Assembly (NCBI RefSeq): GCF_001194135.2
Contig: NC_068991.1
Coordinates: forward strand, 27,199,734-27,246,604
Length of the DNA stretch: 46,871 nucleotides
DNA from: Octopus bimaculoides
Taxonomy: Eukaryota
Direction: 5' to 3'
Shown piece by piece: positions 35,821 to 46,871 of the stretch. The translations under genes were made by a program, and so were the position numbers. Within the stretch, counting starts at the first letter, position 1. Each line of letters begins with the position of its first letter. The notes under the pieces are model-generated. The model worked only from the letters and a program-made list of their open reading frames with translations, made no database searches and was not told the origin of the DNA.

Positions 35821-36039
35821 GAATGTTGCAATATTTGAACTTCTAACAGCAATACCATCGTAATTCATTACACTTTGGTGTCTTTCCAAATGGCCTGCGA
35901 TTATTCAAAATCTTTTTCTTGGACAGGTGGTATCTGATAGGCTAAATTTTATTGCAAGTGCTTTCCAAATTAAGAGACATGTTTATGGACTTCATTGTCA
36001 AGATAAAACTGAGGTGAAATCAAAGCACATACTCATAAC

Positions 36040-37600
36040 GTTGAATATCAAAAACGTGAATTGCCACACTTGCATGCATTTTTTTGGTTGCTAAAAAAAT
36101 ATAAGACCAAATGAGATTGATGACTATGTACAAAAAGAAATTCCAGATCGATCAGCAGATAAGGAACATGATTTAGCCACTGCTCATAGTTCATGGTCCA
36201 TATTGTAATGCAGATTCTCCATGCTGTAAGAATGGATCATACTCCAAGAGATTTCGCAAAGGATACTTGCAAAGGATACTTGCAAAGTACTGTCTGTGGA
36301 GAAGATACTTATCCTCTTTATAAACGAAGAACAGTTGCAATGGGAGGAGTTGAATCTCATAAGAATGAAAACACAATCAGCAACAAATGGACTGTACCTT
36401 ATAATGAAACTCTCAAGAGCATTAAAATGCCACTGTAACTCTCTGAAATCGTCGTCTCAGTGAGGTCGATCTGGTACATACTAAAAGGAAATGACCAAGT
36501 TGCTGTTCAAATAAACAATGACAACGAAATTAATCAATGTCTAATTGGACCATCCGAAGCAATTGCATTCATTTTAAGATTTTCGATTCATAAAAGAGCA
36601 CCTGCATTTGTGAAACTAAGTTCACCTACCAGACACACAAAGAATACTGTTCAGAAATTATGAGGGTATGGCTGTCAATAAACGACATATGAGAACAATA
36701 TTGACGGAATTCTTTTCATTGTGCATCAATGATGACTATACTGAAGTTCCCATGTATTTCATCTGGAACAGTAGTAACAAAGAATGGCAAAGAATGCTGG
36801 AAACAAGTTGAAAGCTATTCGAACGTTTTCAAGAGAGAAACACTTGGTAGTGTTTATGTTATCACAACATAGGCAGGAGAACTGTATTGTATTGTATAAA
36901 CTCTTGAAGGTGACCAGATTTGGATCAATACTATGCAAGACGCACCAACAATAAGGCTTCCTGAGGAAATGAGGGACATTCATCGTGATCCTCACATGGA
37001 GATTCGTCAGATCAATTAGCTCTATGGGAGACATCCAAAGGACAGCAACAGAGGAACGATCTTCGCCTATTATGTCAACAAAAGCATCATGAAAGATCAC
37101 TGAAGTATGTACAAGAAACACTGAAATAAAAAAAATAGATTTCAATTTACCTCTTCCTCACGATAATGAAAACATCACGAATTGTTTTCATAAATTTAAC
37201 TACGTCATTGATTAACAGCGAAATATTGTTGCGTAAAGAAAGTCACTGCATATTGAAGGGCCGTTTATAATCATGTGGGATGTGAAACATGAATTCCTCA
37301 CTCATTTTCATTGAAGCACCAGGAGAAACTGGAACAATTTTCTTCACAAATACCTTATTAGCTTATGTCGGAGGTAAATGTCAAAAAGTACTTTCAACAG
37401 GAATTGCAGCTTCGTTGATGCCGGGCGGACGAAAGGTTCATTCCCAATTCAAGATAACAATATCAATTCAGGAAAATTCAGTCTGTGGCATTGATAAGAA
37501 ATCCAACTCCTCGTATATATGTCAGAGAAACAAAACTTACCGTTTAGGATGAAATATCAATAAGAGATTGCTTTGAAGCTATTGAACGAACACAGATTTC
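36040..37600 (+). mobile_element. Helitron RepHel remnant: Rep (HUH) region and start of the Pif1 helicase
   Basis: VEYQKRELPHLHAFFWLL; VHGPYCNADSPCCKNG; GEDTYPLYKRR; NKWTVPYN; YILKGNDQ; SEAIAFILRFSIHKRAP; FIEAPGETGTIFF..LSTGIAASLMPGGRKVHSQFKI (Walker A decayed). Many frameshifts. Confidence 0.9.
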
Positions 37601-37611
37601 TGCAACAAAGG

Positions 37612-37719
37612 TGAATTGGGAATGAAACTTCCGTCCGCCCGGCATCAACGTAGCTGCAATTCCTGTTGAAAGTACTTTTTGACATTTACTTCTGACATAA
37701 GCTAATAAGGTATTTGTGA
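37612..37719 (-). repeat. 108-bp inverted duplication of 37344-37451
   Basis: Near-identical reverse complement with a 160-bp spacer. Confidence 0.92.
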
Positions 37720-38049
37720 GACGAGAACAAACGTTTAGTCATTTCAAGCATGAAAAGACCCTCTTTATGGAGAAAATTTGAAAAATTTAAATTACATCCT
37801 TTATTTGCAGAGCCCTTCCAATGGACGCTCCAGCTTCGGCGACTCTCCAATCTTACACTATACCATTGACCACCAGGTCGGTCTCTCTTCATTTCGCTCC
37901 TGCAATTTTTCCTACATGTTATGGGCAGTAGCACATTTTTATATGAAATATATGAGCAAATATTTATATTATACTAAAACTCAAAGCTGTCTCTTTTCCT
38001 GCCCTTTCCTTAAAATGATAAGGATTGCCAATGGTCATTTCCTTCTCAA

Positions 38050-38770
38050 GAAAAAAGAAGTCAACTTGAAAATGTCGATTTGCGGCAAGGACGCTTCAAG
38101 GAGTCAGCGCAACTACGACCATCCGTCTTTTTTTTTTTTCTTTCCTTAATCATTTATATAACTTTTGGAGTGCCGTGGACTGAAAGAAATTCTTCCTATA
38201 GTTTGAGATTTTTATATTTTTCCCAGAAGCCACCAAAAAGGACTGGTTCAAACCTTCCGATATCCGAGCGCAAAAGGGAGAGGTATCAACTAAACAGAGA
38301 AAGACGTCTGAATAAAAAAAAGGAGTGATTAAAACTTGAAACTAAAGAACAAAGAACTAAAGAAAAATCCGACGTTTAACCGAATATTATGACCAAAGTG
38401 CTGGAAGACTAGGGCAAGATCGAATGAGACAAGTTCGTTTGAATGAAAATGAAAAAACAGAGTTGACTTAGATAGGAGGTCAATGACTTCGAAACCGAAC
38501 CGTCGACTCCACAACCATCACGATATTGATGTCTCTTCTGGAGAAATGAATCAAATATGCCCCCATTGTAGAGCGTTCAAATTTCGAGGAGAACGTGCCT
38601 ACTTCTACTGTATGAATGGAAAAGTCAATGTAGCATAGTTACCTGACTTACCACCAGAAATGAGGGAATTACTTGAAGGCCAGAGAGATGTGGGGGGGGG
38701 GAGATTTCAGAAAATATGCCAAGCAATACAATAACATTTTCTAAATGACATCTTTTAATTGCAAAGAGAG
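38050..38770 (+). mobile_element. Helitron N-terminal remnant (charged region plus Cys cluster)
   Basis: GEMNQICPHCRAFKFRGERAYFYCMNGKVNVA*LPDLPPEMRELL...FRKYAKQYNNIF*MTSF resembles the Helitron CxxCxA...CCxxGKV...RxYNxxFxMTSF segment. Confidence 0.8.
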
Positions 38771-38792
38771 TCAGCAACCTAAGAGTTACTGT

Positions 38793-41083
38793 CACTTGGT
38801 CATAACGCAAGTCTACATGATCTTTGATGTTTAAATGTCTACATAACTTTCTAAAGCAAGGTTTTACGCTGATTTCAAATCTGTTATTAGTTTTTCTCCA
38901 TCACGTCTAAATTTTCAATAATAAAGCTTTGTTCTCTTTCTGTATTATGGTATTAGAGAATCGGATGACAGTGATTATCTGATTTATTTTGCTCAACAAA
39001 ATCGATTGCTATAAACCAATGCTGACCTAATATTGGTAGAAGTAAAATTGCAGCCAAAATAAAGTTTATCAAACAGTTGTTGGCAACTCTGACAGACAAC
39101 GTGACCTTGAATAGCTATGAGCATAATTGCTGTCTGATACTTTAGTATTGTTTTTATGGTTAGTGATATTTACTTATAAACATATAAGTACGTAAGTACG
39201 TAAACAATCCAGACATATTTTGCTACATTTGTGACATATGTCGTCACTAAGCAGAGACAAAATATAACTGATCTTGTAAAAACATCTATACTTCGCTTAT
39301 TTTGTTATTAACTCTGTGAAAACCTTGGGCTACGCACAAATTATGTCATATTTGTGTGTAAGGGCTGAAACTCTGGAAAGCCGGTAAGAAAAAAGAAATG
39401 CCTTTTGGAATACCAATGGTGTAGTGAGTACTGAGTAACCACGCTAATGATTATTATTTCTGCATTATTAAAGTTGAAGGGTACAGTGCAAAAGATAAGC
39501 ATGAGATATTGTATCATAGTGTTCCCTCGGTTATACAGCATATTGCACGTGGGGTTGACATTCGAGTTCCTCCACCCCCAACTTGCTTTGAAGAATGTCA
39601 CATCAGATAGTGATGAAGAAGACAAATGTGAAGAAGGTGATGACTACACTCCTGACAAAATCAAAAGTTCAGTTATCTACTTAGGAAGAGCTCAATGATT
39701 TGCTAAGGGATTTGTACCTTCCAAAGGATGCAGCAGAAAGTCTTAGATCTTAGCTAAAAATGAAAAAAGGTTTTGCTACTGGGAACCTCTTTGGTATCGT
39801 AACAGGGAACATGAGTTGTTACCACTCTTTGCTGAGTATCAATCTGGTTTTTTGCTATATTGTTCCAAACCTGCTAAGTTATTTTGATATTTAGAGCAAT
39901 CACTCAGAATGGAGGCTATTCATTGATTCTCCCAAAAAGAGTTTGAAAACACAATAGAAATAAGTATTCATCCATTCCAGTGGCACATTCTACAAGAGAC
40001 GTGAAGATGTAAAACAACTTTTTAAATATAAAGTATGCAGAATACCACTGGCAAGTGTGTGGAGATTTCAAAATTATAGGCATGCTTTTAGGCCAGTAGG
40101 AATTTAGGTCAGTAGGAAGTCTACACAAGAATGCCATGGTTCGTATATGAATGGGGCAGCAGAGCTAAAGAAACTGGATGGTTAAAAACTGGCCACAAAG
40201 GAGAGGTTTGTTAGCTGGAACCAAGAATATTCTGCACAAGTCCTTGGCTGAACCATCAAAAGTACTACTACCACCTTTGCATACCAATCTAAATTTTATG
40301 AAAGTTTTTTAAGTCTTTGCCTGCAAATAGACCATGTTTGCAGTGTCTCCAAATATTCCCAAATATAACCAGGGAGAAAATTAAAGCAAGAATATTTGTT
40401 GGTCCAGATTATGAGAAATCTATGAATGAATCTAAAAAACAGGCATGTGAGAACTTCAGGTGTCTTAATAACTTTTTGGGAAACAATAGTATAGTTGTTC
40501 AAATTACAAAGTCATACTTGATACCATGCTGCAAAACTTCAGAAATCTTGGGTGCAACATGAATGCACTTTCTTCACTCACACGTCGACTAATTCTCGGG
40601 GTACCTTAGCAAGAGCACGGTGAGAGATTTCACCAGAACATTAAAAACATGGAGCAGAGGTACCGGAAGTGAGGGTAGAATGTGAACATGATGGCGTGCA
40701 AGCAACATCCAAAACCTGCAAGGAAATCAAAGAAAAGGGAGTGTTAAAAGGAGTAAAACTACTTTAAAATCATGGTGAGTGCATTAAAAATGTTTAGCCA
40801 ATGCGTAGGCGTACATACTAATCATATCTTTCTTATTATTGTTCTAATCATTTATTCTTAATGTCATCATACTTTTATCTAAAATGTCTGGCACAAAAGG
40901 GAATGAATGGCAAGACAAATCATATCTTTGGCAGACATTTGTGCAAAGTCTGTACGTTATGGGCAAAAACTAAAAACATTTGAAGTCAGCATTAAAAAAC
41001 TGGTTCGGAATCACCTATAAGTAGACAACCATCATTTACTTCATTTAAAAAAATGCAGACTTGTGAATTCAAGGACAAATTTG
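38793..41083 (+). mobile_element. Chapaev3-like (CMC superfamily) DNA transposon, decayed, with imperfect ~110-bp TIRs
   Basis: NPDIFCYIC..ITDLVK..WATHKLCHICV..MPFGIPMV..NHANDYYFC; LNDLLRDLYLPKDAAE; WYRNRE; FIDSPKKSLK; KVLLPPLH; KIKARIFVGPD; HFLHSHVD. The 5' end starts CACT, and gctgatttcaaatctgttattagtttttctccatcacgt pairs with acgttatgggcaaaaactaaaaacatttgaagtcagc. Family name is from recall. Confidence 0.78.
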
Positions 41084-41184
41084 CCATTTACTAGGTCCAT
41101 TTACGGGTCACCTCACTTCACACCAACTGTTCACCCACTAGTTTATATACAGTAAAAGTGCAGCATGCTTTAAATCAATTACGT

Positions 41185-41312
41185 GATCCATGAATATTAT
41201 TTCTCATTAGAATTAATTGGTCCATTATTGGTTTTCTTTTATAAAACGAGGAAACAGTATTCTGATTTCGTGCAGTGTCATTTAGAATTAGATTTATCAG
41301 AATATTTCTTCT
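41185..41312 (+). repeat. Diverged ~120-bp direct repeat, partner at 46054-46169
   Basis: Shared tccattattggttttctttt core and collinear flanks ending in tatttcttct. Confidence 0.8.
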
Positions 41313-41329
41313 TCGCAACACAAGTCCCT

Positions 41330-41930
41330 ACCTAGAAAGTTGCCGACCAGAGAAAAGTATACACCATTTTTAACTTCGACCTTTACAGTGACTGTCTTGC
41401 TCTTGCAGTTCTTGATCTTCCCCACTACCTTCGTCAACAGATCTGTCCAACATCCCAAAGAGGTTCCAGCTGAACTGACCAGGCCCGTAGTGCTTTCACA
41501 AACGGTTCACATGCCCAAGCCTAGGACGACCCCTCTTGCCTTCTCGAATCTGCTACGTCATGTCGGACAAGTGACTCATCAAAGTATAGGGTTTTTCCCA
41601 TGAACTGAGCAGCTTCGATGACATCCTTTCTTTCGCTTTGCCATTCAACAGAGCACGCTTCTTTTCGTTCCTTCACATTCTTTCTACACGTTATAGCAGT
41701 CACATATTTCATGTAGAAGATATGAGCAAATACGAATTGCTAAATTGGTTTAGTAAATATACTTCTCCAGCCCAGCAAGCCAACTTGCTAATAATGCAAG
41801 TCGTAGTCGTACCCGATAGGATGTTTTGCATTATTTGGTTCTTTGTCATCCGGTTCTCTTCAACTAGTCACATAGCTTATCTTTTCCGACTGTCTTCATT
41901 GCCAAATTCACAATAACTGTTCCCATTCGT
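41330..41930 (-). mobile_element. Possible second, diverged L1/Tx1 ORF1 fragment
   Basis: YVTAITCRKNVKERKEACSVEWQSE..AAQFMGK loosely parallels TYITRGVKYATIEVRF/KAKQASTE..LPTYLGR at ~45.85-45.95 kb. Confidence 0.35.
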
Positions 41931-41934
41931 TTCT

Positions 41935-44900
41935 TCTTTACCTACAAGGGGCCAAACATAGAGGGGGACGATACAAATGAGGAAGGGGTCGATATAAAGC
42001 ATGGTTTTACACGAAGATAGCGAATAGCTTAAAATTTTTAATAAAACGAATGAACAAAGAATTACAAATACAATGAAGTGAGGTAAGGTTTCTGCTTCTA
42101 CCCCGCAAGCCCCGTGCTACTAATGTAGCCTTTTGATAACTTTATGGATACACTATGCGGGTTCATTCATTCTCAACATACTCGCAACGGCCTTCCATAT
42201 TTTCCCATATATATCAGGTGACAGGCATTTTCTTTCCACACTTATTTTCATCATTAGGTGAAAAATGAGGAAATTAACCCGCCCAAGGTTGGAGATAAAG
42301 GTGCCTGTCATGTTTCCTTTCACGCGAGTCTTCCATACCACTTCTTTCGCTATAGCAAGCACAGCGAGAAAACAAGCCTTGCATTCTTTGTTAAAATAGG
42401 AAAGAACAACAATCTTTAAAATCGACTCGGAAGGAAGCTGTACTCTTCCCAACCGTGACAACAGATATTCAACTTAAACACACATTTCATAAATTTTGGG
42501 GCATTGCACAATCGCGTGCAGAGCGGTTTCACTGTTCTGCTCGCATCTTGGGCACATGACTTGCGAGTTTATCGCGAACTGGTAAGGCTCCTCGGTAACA
42601 TTGCCAGACCAGGGATCCTTGGAAGTTATCCAAGTGTCCTGGCCCGAATGTCCTTCGAGTCAGGCCGGCTAGTTGACCATCGAAGAAGCCCAGAATTTCC
42701 CCTATACCCTCGTCACACTTAGCCTCTACCAACCCTCTATAGAATAACGAGGTGGAACCCCTGCTACTGGCGTTACCCGTGCGAGAGAAAAGCGAGAGTG
42801 CCTGACGACACTCTGCTTGACAAGATCCCAACTTTGGTCTACGCTTGATCAATGGTTCTCATTCACAAAAATTAGAAAACGAAGACTACACCTGTTCACC
42901 ATCTAGGTAGAGCCGCTGATGCCTCAGCCTCAGCGCATGTTTATGCATCAACAGCCAAGGCATCCCTAGCCCACTCTATAGCGGGTATTTTCAGTAGACA
43001 GAGCGCTTTACAAGAGAATTTTTACCCTCTTACAAGAAGCGAAAGAACATACGCTCCAACTTGATCAGCCATGAAAGGGGACATGCACGACAGTTAGGCG
43101 GTAGGTAATCACAGGCGATAAACACCTCTGTGACCTCCACCCTCTCTTTCAGAAATAGCCGCCGCTCAGACCAGGTCTGAGTTAGGTGGGTTATCCTGCT
43201 CGTCACCTCAACCAATTCATCTCTATCTGGAGGTTTGGACCAAACGTAACACATAGCATTTTAATCAGCCCCTCCATCCAACACCCTACGACGTTGTTGG
43301 GAGGTATCGATTTGCCACTCCTGGTGCCAAATTGCAAACCGACTGACTTATCTCGGTTAACTTTCGCTCCTGCCACTGACTCATAGTCCTTAATGGCCTC
43401 GCCTACCCTTTGTATGTATTCCCCCTCGGACACGATGACGGTGATGTCATCCGCATACACCGTAACCGTCTTTCCACAACCTAGATCGCGCGTTTCCTGG
43501 AAAGGATGGGGTTCTGGCCCAGTCTAAACGTTTGGACAGCGTTGACCATCGATTTGATGTTGCTGTACAAAGCGATGATCCACCCGACGAAAACGGGGCC
43601 AAGCGCGACCGCAGCGAGGATCGACACGAGATACTGATGGTCAACTCTGTCCAAACGTTTAGACTGGTTCAGAACCCCACCCTTTCCAGGAAACTCGTTA
43701 ACCCACTCTAAGGTGTAGCATATAAAGTGGAGTTTGTCGTGTATGGATCTGCCAGGAACAGCACAATTTTGTGCCTCCCTGACGAGTCCACCCACGACGC
43801 GCGCCAACCTTTTTGCTAACACCTTGGCTTAAATCTTCCACTCTGCGTTAAGCAGAATGACGGGTCGGAAATTATCTATAATATCCCCCTTGTCTGGGCC
43901 CTTTCTAAGCGGCGTCACCACCCCCGACTCAGAGACCTGGGAATAAACCCATCCTGCTGCCAGTTAACTAACACGAATGCCAGTAGATACCCAAACAAAT
44001 CTGCCATACTGTAATAAAGCTCGTAGGGGAAATCATCTAGTAGCCGCTAAGTGTCTGACAAAGCTTCCTCCACCTCCGCGCTGTGATCGGCCCTTCACAG
44101 CACTTTGCTTCTCGCCCCGAGAGACGCGGCACACCAGTGAGGAAGTCTATAAGGTCCCTCCAATACTCTGACCAGCCGTCCCTCCCGAAAAGCAGGGCGA
44201 AATGATCCTGAAAGACCTTACACATCTCCTCGGGTCCGTTTACTTAGTTCCCTTGATTCGTCATCGACCTTATTGTTCCATTATTCCCACGTTGGGTCTC
44301 TATCACATGGGCTCATCCAGCAGCTCTGATTCCTTCTTGTCCCATTGCACGTGCTTGGCCCCGACCATTCATCCTTCGTATTTATCCTCGAGGTGTTAGT
44401 TAGAAGCCAATCTCGCAGCTCAAACTCGGGGTGCAGAGCTAGATTCCAGTGTTTCACCTAGGGCCCTAACTAAAGCTATTTCTACTCTAGATTTCTGAAC
44501 CACTAGCTCTTTGCAATATCTAATAAACTCAGGTTGTATGGCTCTTTTGAGAGCATGCCACCATTTGTTGTTAATAATAGCTCCACATAATGCCCTCAAC
44601 ACTAAGTGCCTAATCCGATACTTGCACATGAGCCAAAGAGACTTATTGAGTTTCCAGTAGCCGGATCCCTGTCTACGTAACTGACCTAAGTCCAGCCTAC
44701 AGGTCACAAATTTTAAACATTGTAGCTGACGTAGTAAAATTGTGGACATCTGACTAGGTTTTTGTTTATCTCCCCACTTATAATCCTGTCTAAATAAGAT
44801 CTTGTTGACCCATCACTATTAGTCAATATCCACAATGGAGTGTCTGGGACATCTAATTTTTACCTATCTGCCAGCTGATACTGACTGAGCAGACTTTTGG

Positions 44901-46050
44901 AGCACGGGTTTCCCCTCCTATCCGTAGACGAAACAACGTAATTTATGCGTGCATCGCAGATTACGTTAACGTCACCTAACATTACTATTGTGTGAGACGT
45001 ACCTAGAAATTTCTCTAGGCTTCGAAAAATGTCAGAATGTCCAGCTCCCGCAATAGCGCAGACAGCTATCAGCCTGAAGGCCTTACCACTACTGAACCTC
45101 ACATCAAGGACGACCAACCTGCCTTCCGGGTCAATAAAGATTGTTTTAGTCTCTAAATCCAAATTTTTCATGAGCAGTAAAGCGACATCTCTACCTCCTC
45201 CAGGTAGGCATGGCGTCATAAATTTCTCGCAGTCTGGATTCTGTGGAAATTACAATATCCATTCTTTGCAACCTGAGGTCATTAAGGATTTTTAGGTGCT
45301 TGTGCACTCTGTTTTGTTTTTGTTGTAGGGTTAGTGGGGTTGGAATGGCTCGTTAGTTTTCTTTTTACTGGTGATTTTCTCCCATCCTTCCACTTGTGAT
45401 TCTTTCATCTCCTCCTCCTCCACTGTTTTGCTTTTTGTTGATTCCTCACTGTGAGCTTCGCTGGCTATCGTTTCCTTTGGTGTCTCGACAGGTGGAGTTA
45501 TCGTTGCTTTTTCGGAGGGAAGTTAGCACTCGGGCCTAATGTGGCCTTTTTGGTCACACTTGTAGCAACGAGGTTTCCTCCCCTTGACCATGACTTGCAG
45601 CTTGCTTTCCGCCACCTGTATGGTGTCTATTATAATTTCTAAATCGGTAGGGGCTGCTTGGCTGAGCATTTCGAGCCCCTGCTCCTGCTAATTTTGCAAT
45701 TCAAAAGTGGTGGCTTGGAGAATAGTTATTTTATCCTCCAAGCCCGTCATTATGGTTGCCACCAGCCAAGCTGTGTCTACCTCAGGTGGAATGTCTCCTA
45801 CCCTAATCTTGGAAGTCCACCTTCCAAGATAAGTAGGTAGGCGTACTACCTCAGCTGTTTTTCGAGATTCTGTTGAAGCCTGCTTGGCCTTTCTTCCCAC
45901 TTGAAACGGACCTCTATCGTGGCATACTTCACTCCTCTAGTGATGTATGTCACGTCGCTCCATACTGGTGGTAGGCACAGTTCCATGGCCTCCGAACTTG
46001 CGTTATCCAGTTTACTTGCTTTTTACAACGAAAGCTTTATATATCAGTCA
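41935..46050 (-). mobile_element. L1/Tx1-type LINE, near full length, pseudogenised (ORF1 plus APE-RT-CCHC ORF2)
   Basis: ORF1 remnant ~46050-45300 (RLPTYLGRWTSKIRVGDIPPEVDTAWLV); APE (DPEGRLVVLDV..MLGDVN); GSGYWKLNKSL; RT (LAKRLARVV..AQNCAVPGRSIHD..DRVDHQYL; YADDITVIVS); C-terminal RCEQNSETALHAIVQC; stop at 42153 followed by a short 3' UTR. Confidence 0.9.
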
Positions 46051-46171
46051 CATGGTCAATGAACATTAATTTCCATTAGGATTAATTATTTATCCATTAT
46101 TGGTTTTCTTTTCTAGAACTAGAGAAATGTATTTCGATTTAAGATTATATTTATAAGAGTATTTCTTCTGC

Positions 46172-46345
46172 TCCGTAGCAGGAGTATTTCGTCTGTTTTT
46201 AGGTTTTGAGTTCAAATTTCGCTGAGGACGACTTTGCCTTTCATCCATTAAATGTTGATGAAATACTTATAAGTTGAGCACTGGGGTCGGGGTAACTGAC
46301 AACCACCCATCCTCCAAATTTCAGGCCTTGTGTATGTATTAGAAT
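46172..46345 (+). mobile_element. SINE fragment (same family as 33751)
   Basis: gagttcaaatttcgctgaggacgactttgcctttcatcc...agttgagcactggggtcg. Confidence 0.82.
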
Positions 46346-46429
46346 GCATTATTATTTGTTGCTATTCATTCTCTTGATTTTATTGTAGGGAGGATAGGTC
46401 TCGGTCAGAATTTATGACCATGAGCGTTC

Positions 46430-46520
46430 AGTTAGTCGGTCAACAGAATTATTAGTCTCATTGAATTGCCCTGTAAGCGGCTGAGTATTCCACAGAAACG
46501 TGTGCACTATACAATTCTAA
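46430..46520 (-). mobile_element. SINE tail fragment (same family as 22451)
   Basis: The reverse complement cacacgtttctgtggaatactcagccgcttaca matches tacacgtgtctgtggagtgctcagccacttgca at ~22660-22692. Confidence 0.65.
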
Positions 46521-46680
46521 GCCAGAATTATCAATACACTCTAATACTAGGCTAGACATACAAATTACAACCACAATCTATCCGACGGGCTTCTATATAG
46601 TTTCCGTGTACCCATCCATAGAAAATTTCACTCAGTGCAATCGAAACGGCAACCTCATGAATATTCTTTTCTTTATTTTC

Positions 46681-46871
46681 TTTTACTTGTTTCAGTCATT
46701 TGACTGTGGCCATGCTCGAACACCGCCTTCCTTTAGTCGAATCAAATTGACGCCAGGACTTATTCTTTGTAAGCCTAGTACTTATTCTATCGGTCTCTTT
46801 TTGCCGAACCGCTAAGCTTAGGGGACCTAAACACACCAGCATCGGTTGTCAAGCGATGTTGGGGGGGGGGG
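46681..46871 (-). mobile_element. SINE 3' half (same family as 25086), running off the window end
   Basis: ttttacttgtttcagtcatttgactgtggccatgc...agtacttattctatcggtctc is the reverse complement of the 25086 SINE tail type. Confidence 0.9.

Overview
This is AT-rich, microsatellite-dense animal genomic DNA with ten N-gaps. The SINE families look coleoid-cephalopod (Octopus-like); that is from recall, not a database search. I can support no host protein-coding exon, and most ORFs in the supplied track are microsatellite or gap artefacts. The window is a mosaic of decayed transposons: at least three Penelope-like (PLE) GIY-YIG/RT remnants (one near full length between ~500-bp direct repeats), an R4/Dong-like RLE LINE 3' end, an internally deleted RTE LINE, an L1/Tx1-type LINE, a Tc1/mariner fragment, a Chapaev3-like transposon with TIRs, Helitron Rep/Pif1 fragments and many tRNA-derived SINEs. 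The most interesting signal is invisible to the ORF track: minimal type I hammerhead ribozyme (HHR) motifs with palindromic stem III at six loci in four repeat families, plus one doubtful seventh. One sits in a PLE 3' module arranged as GIY-YIG ORF end, tRNA-like A/B-box segment, (AAT)20, HHR. Four sit in two ORF-less ~490/540-bp units arranged as tandem plus inverted copies next to (TA)n, which resemble retrozymes or non-autonomous PLEs. All alignments and folds were done by eye, and boundaries are approximate unless stated.
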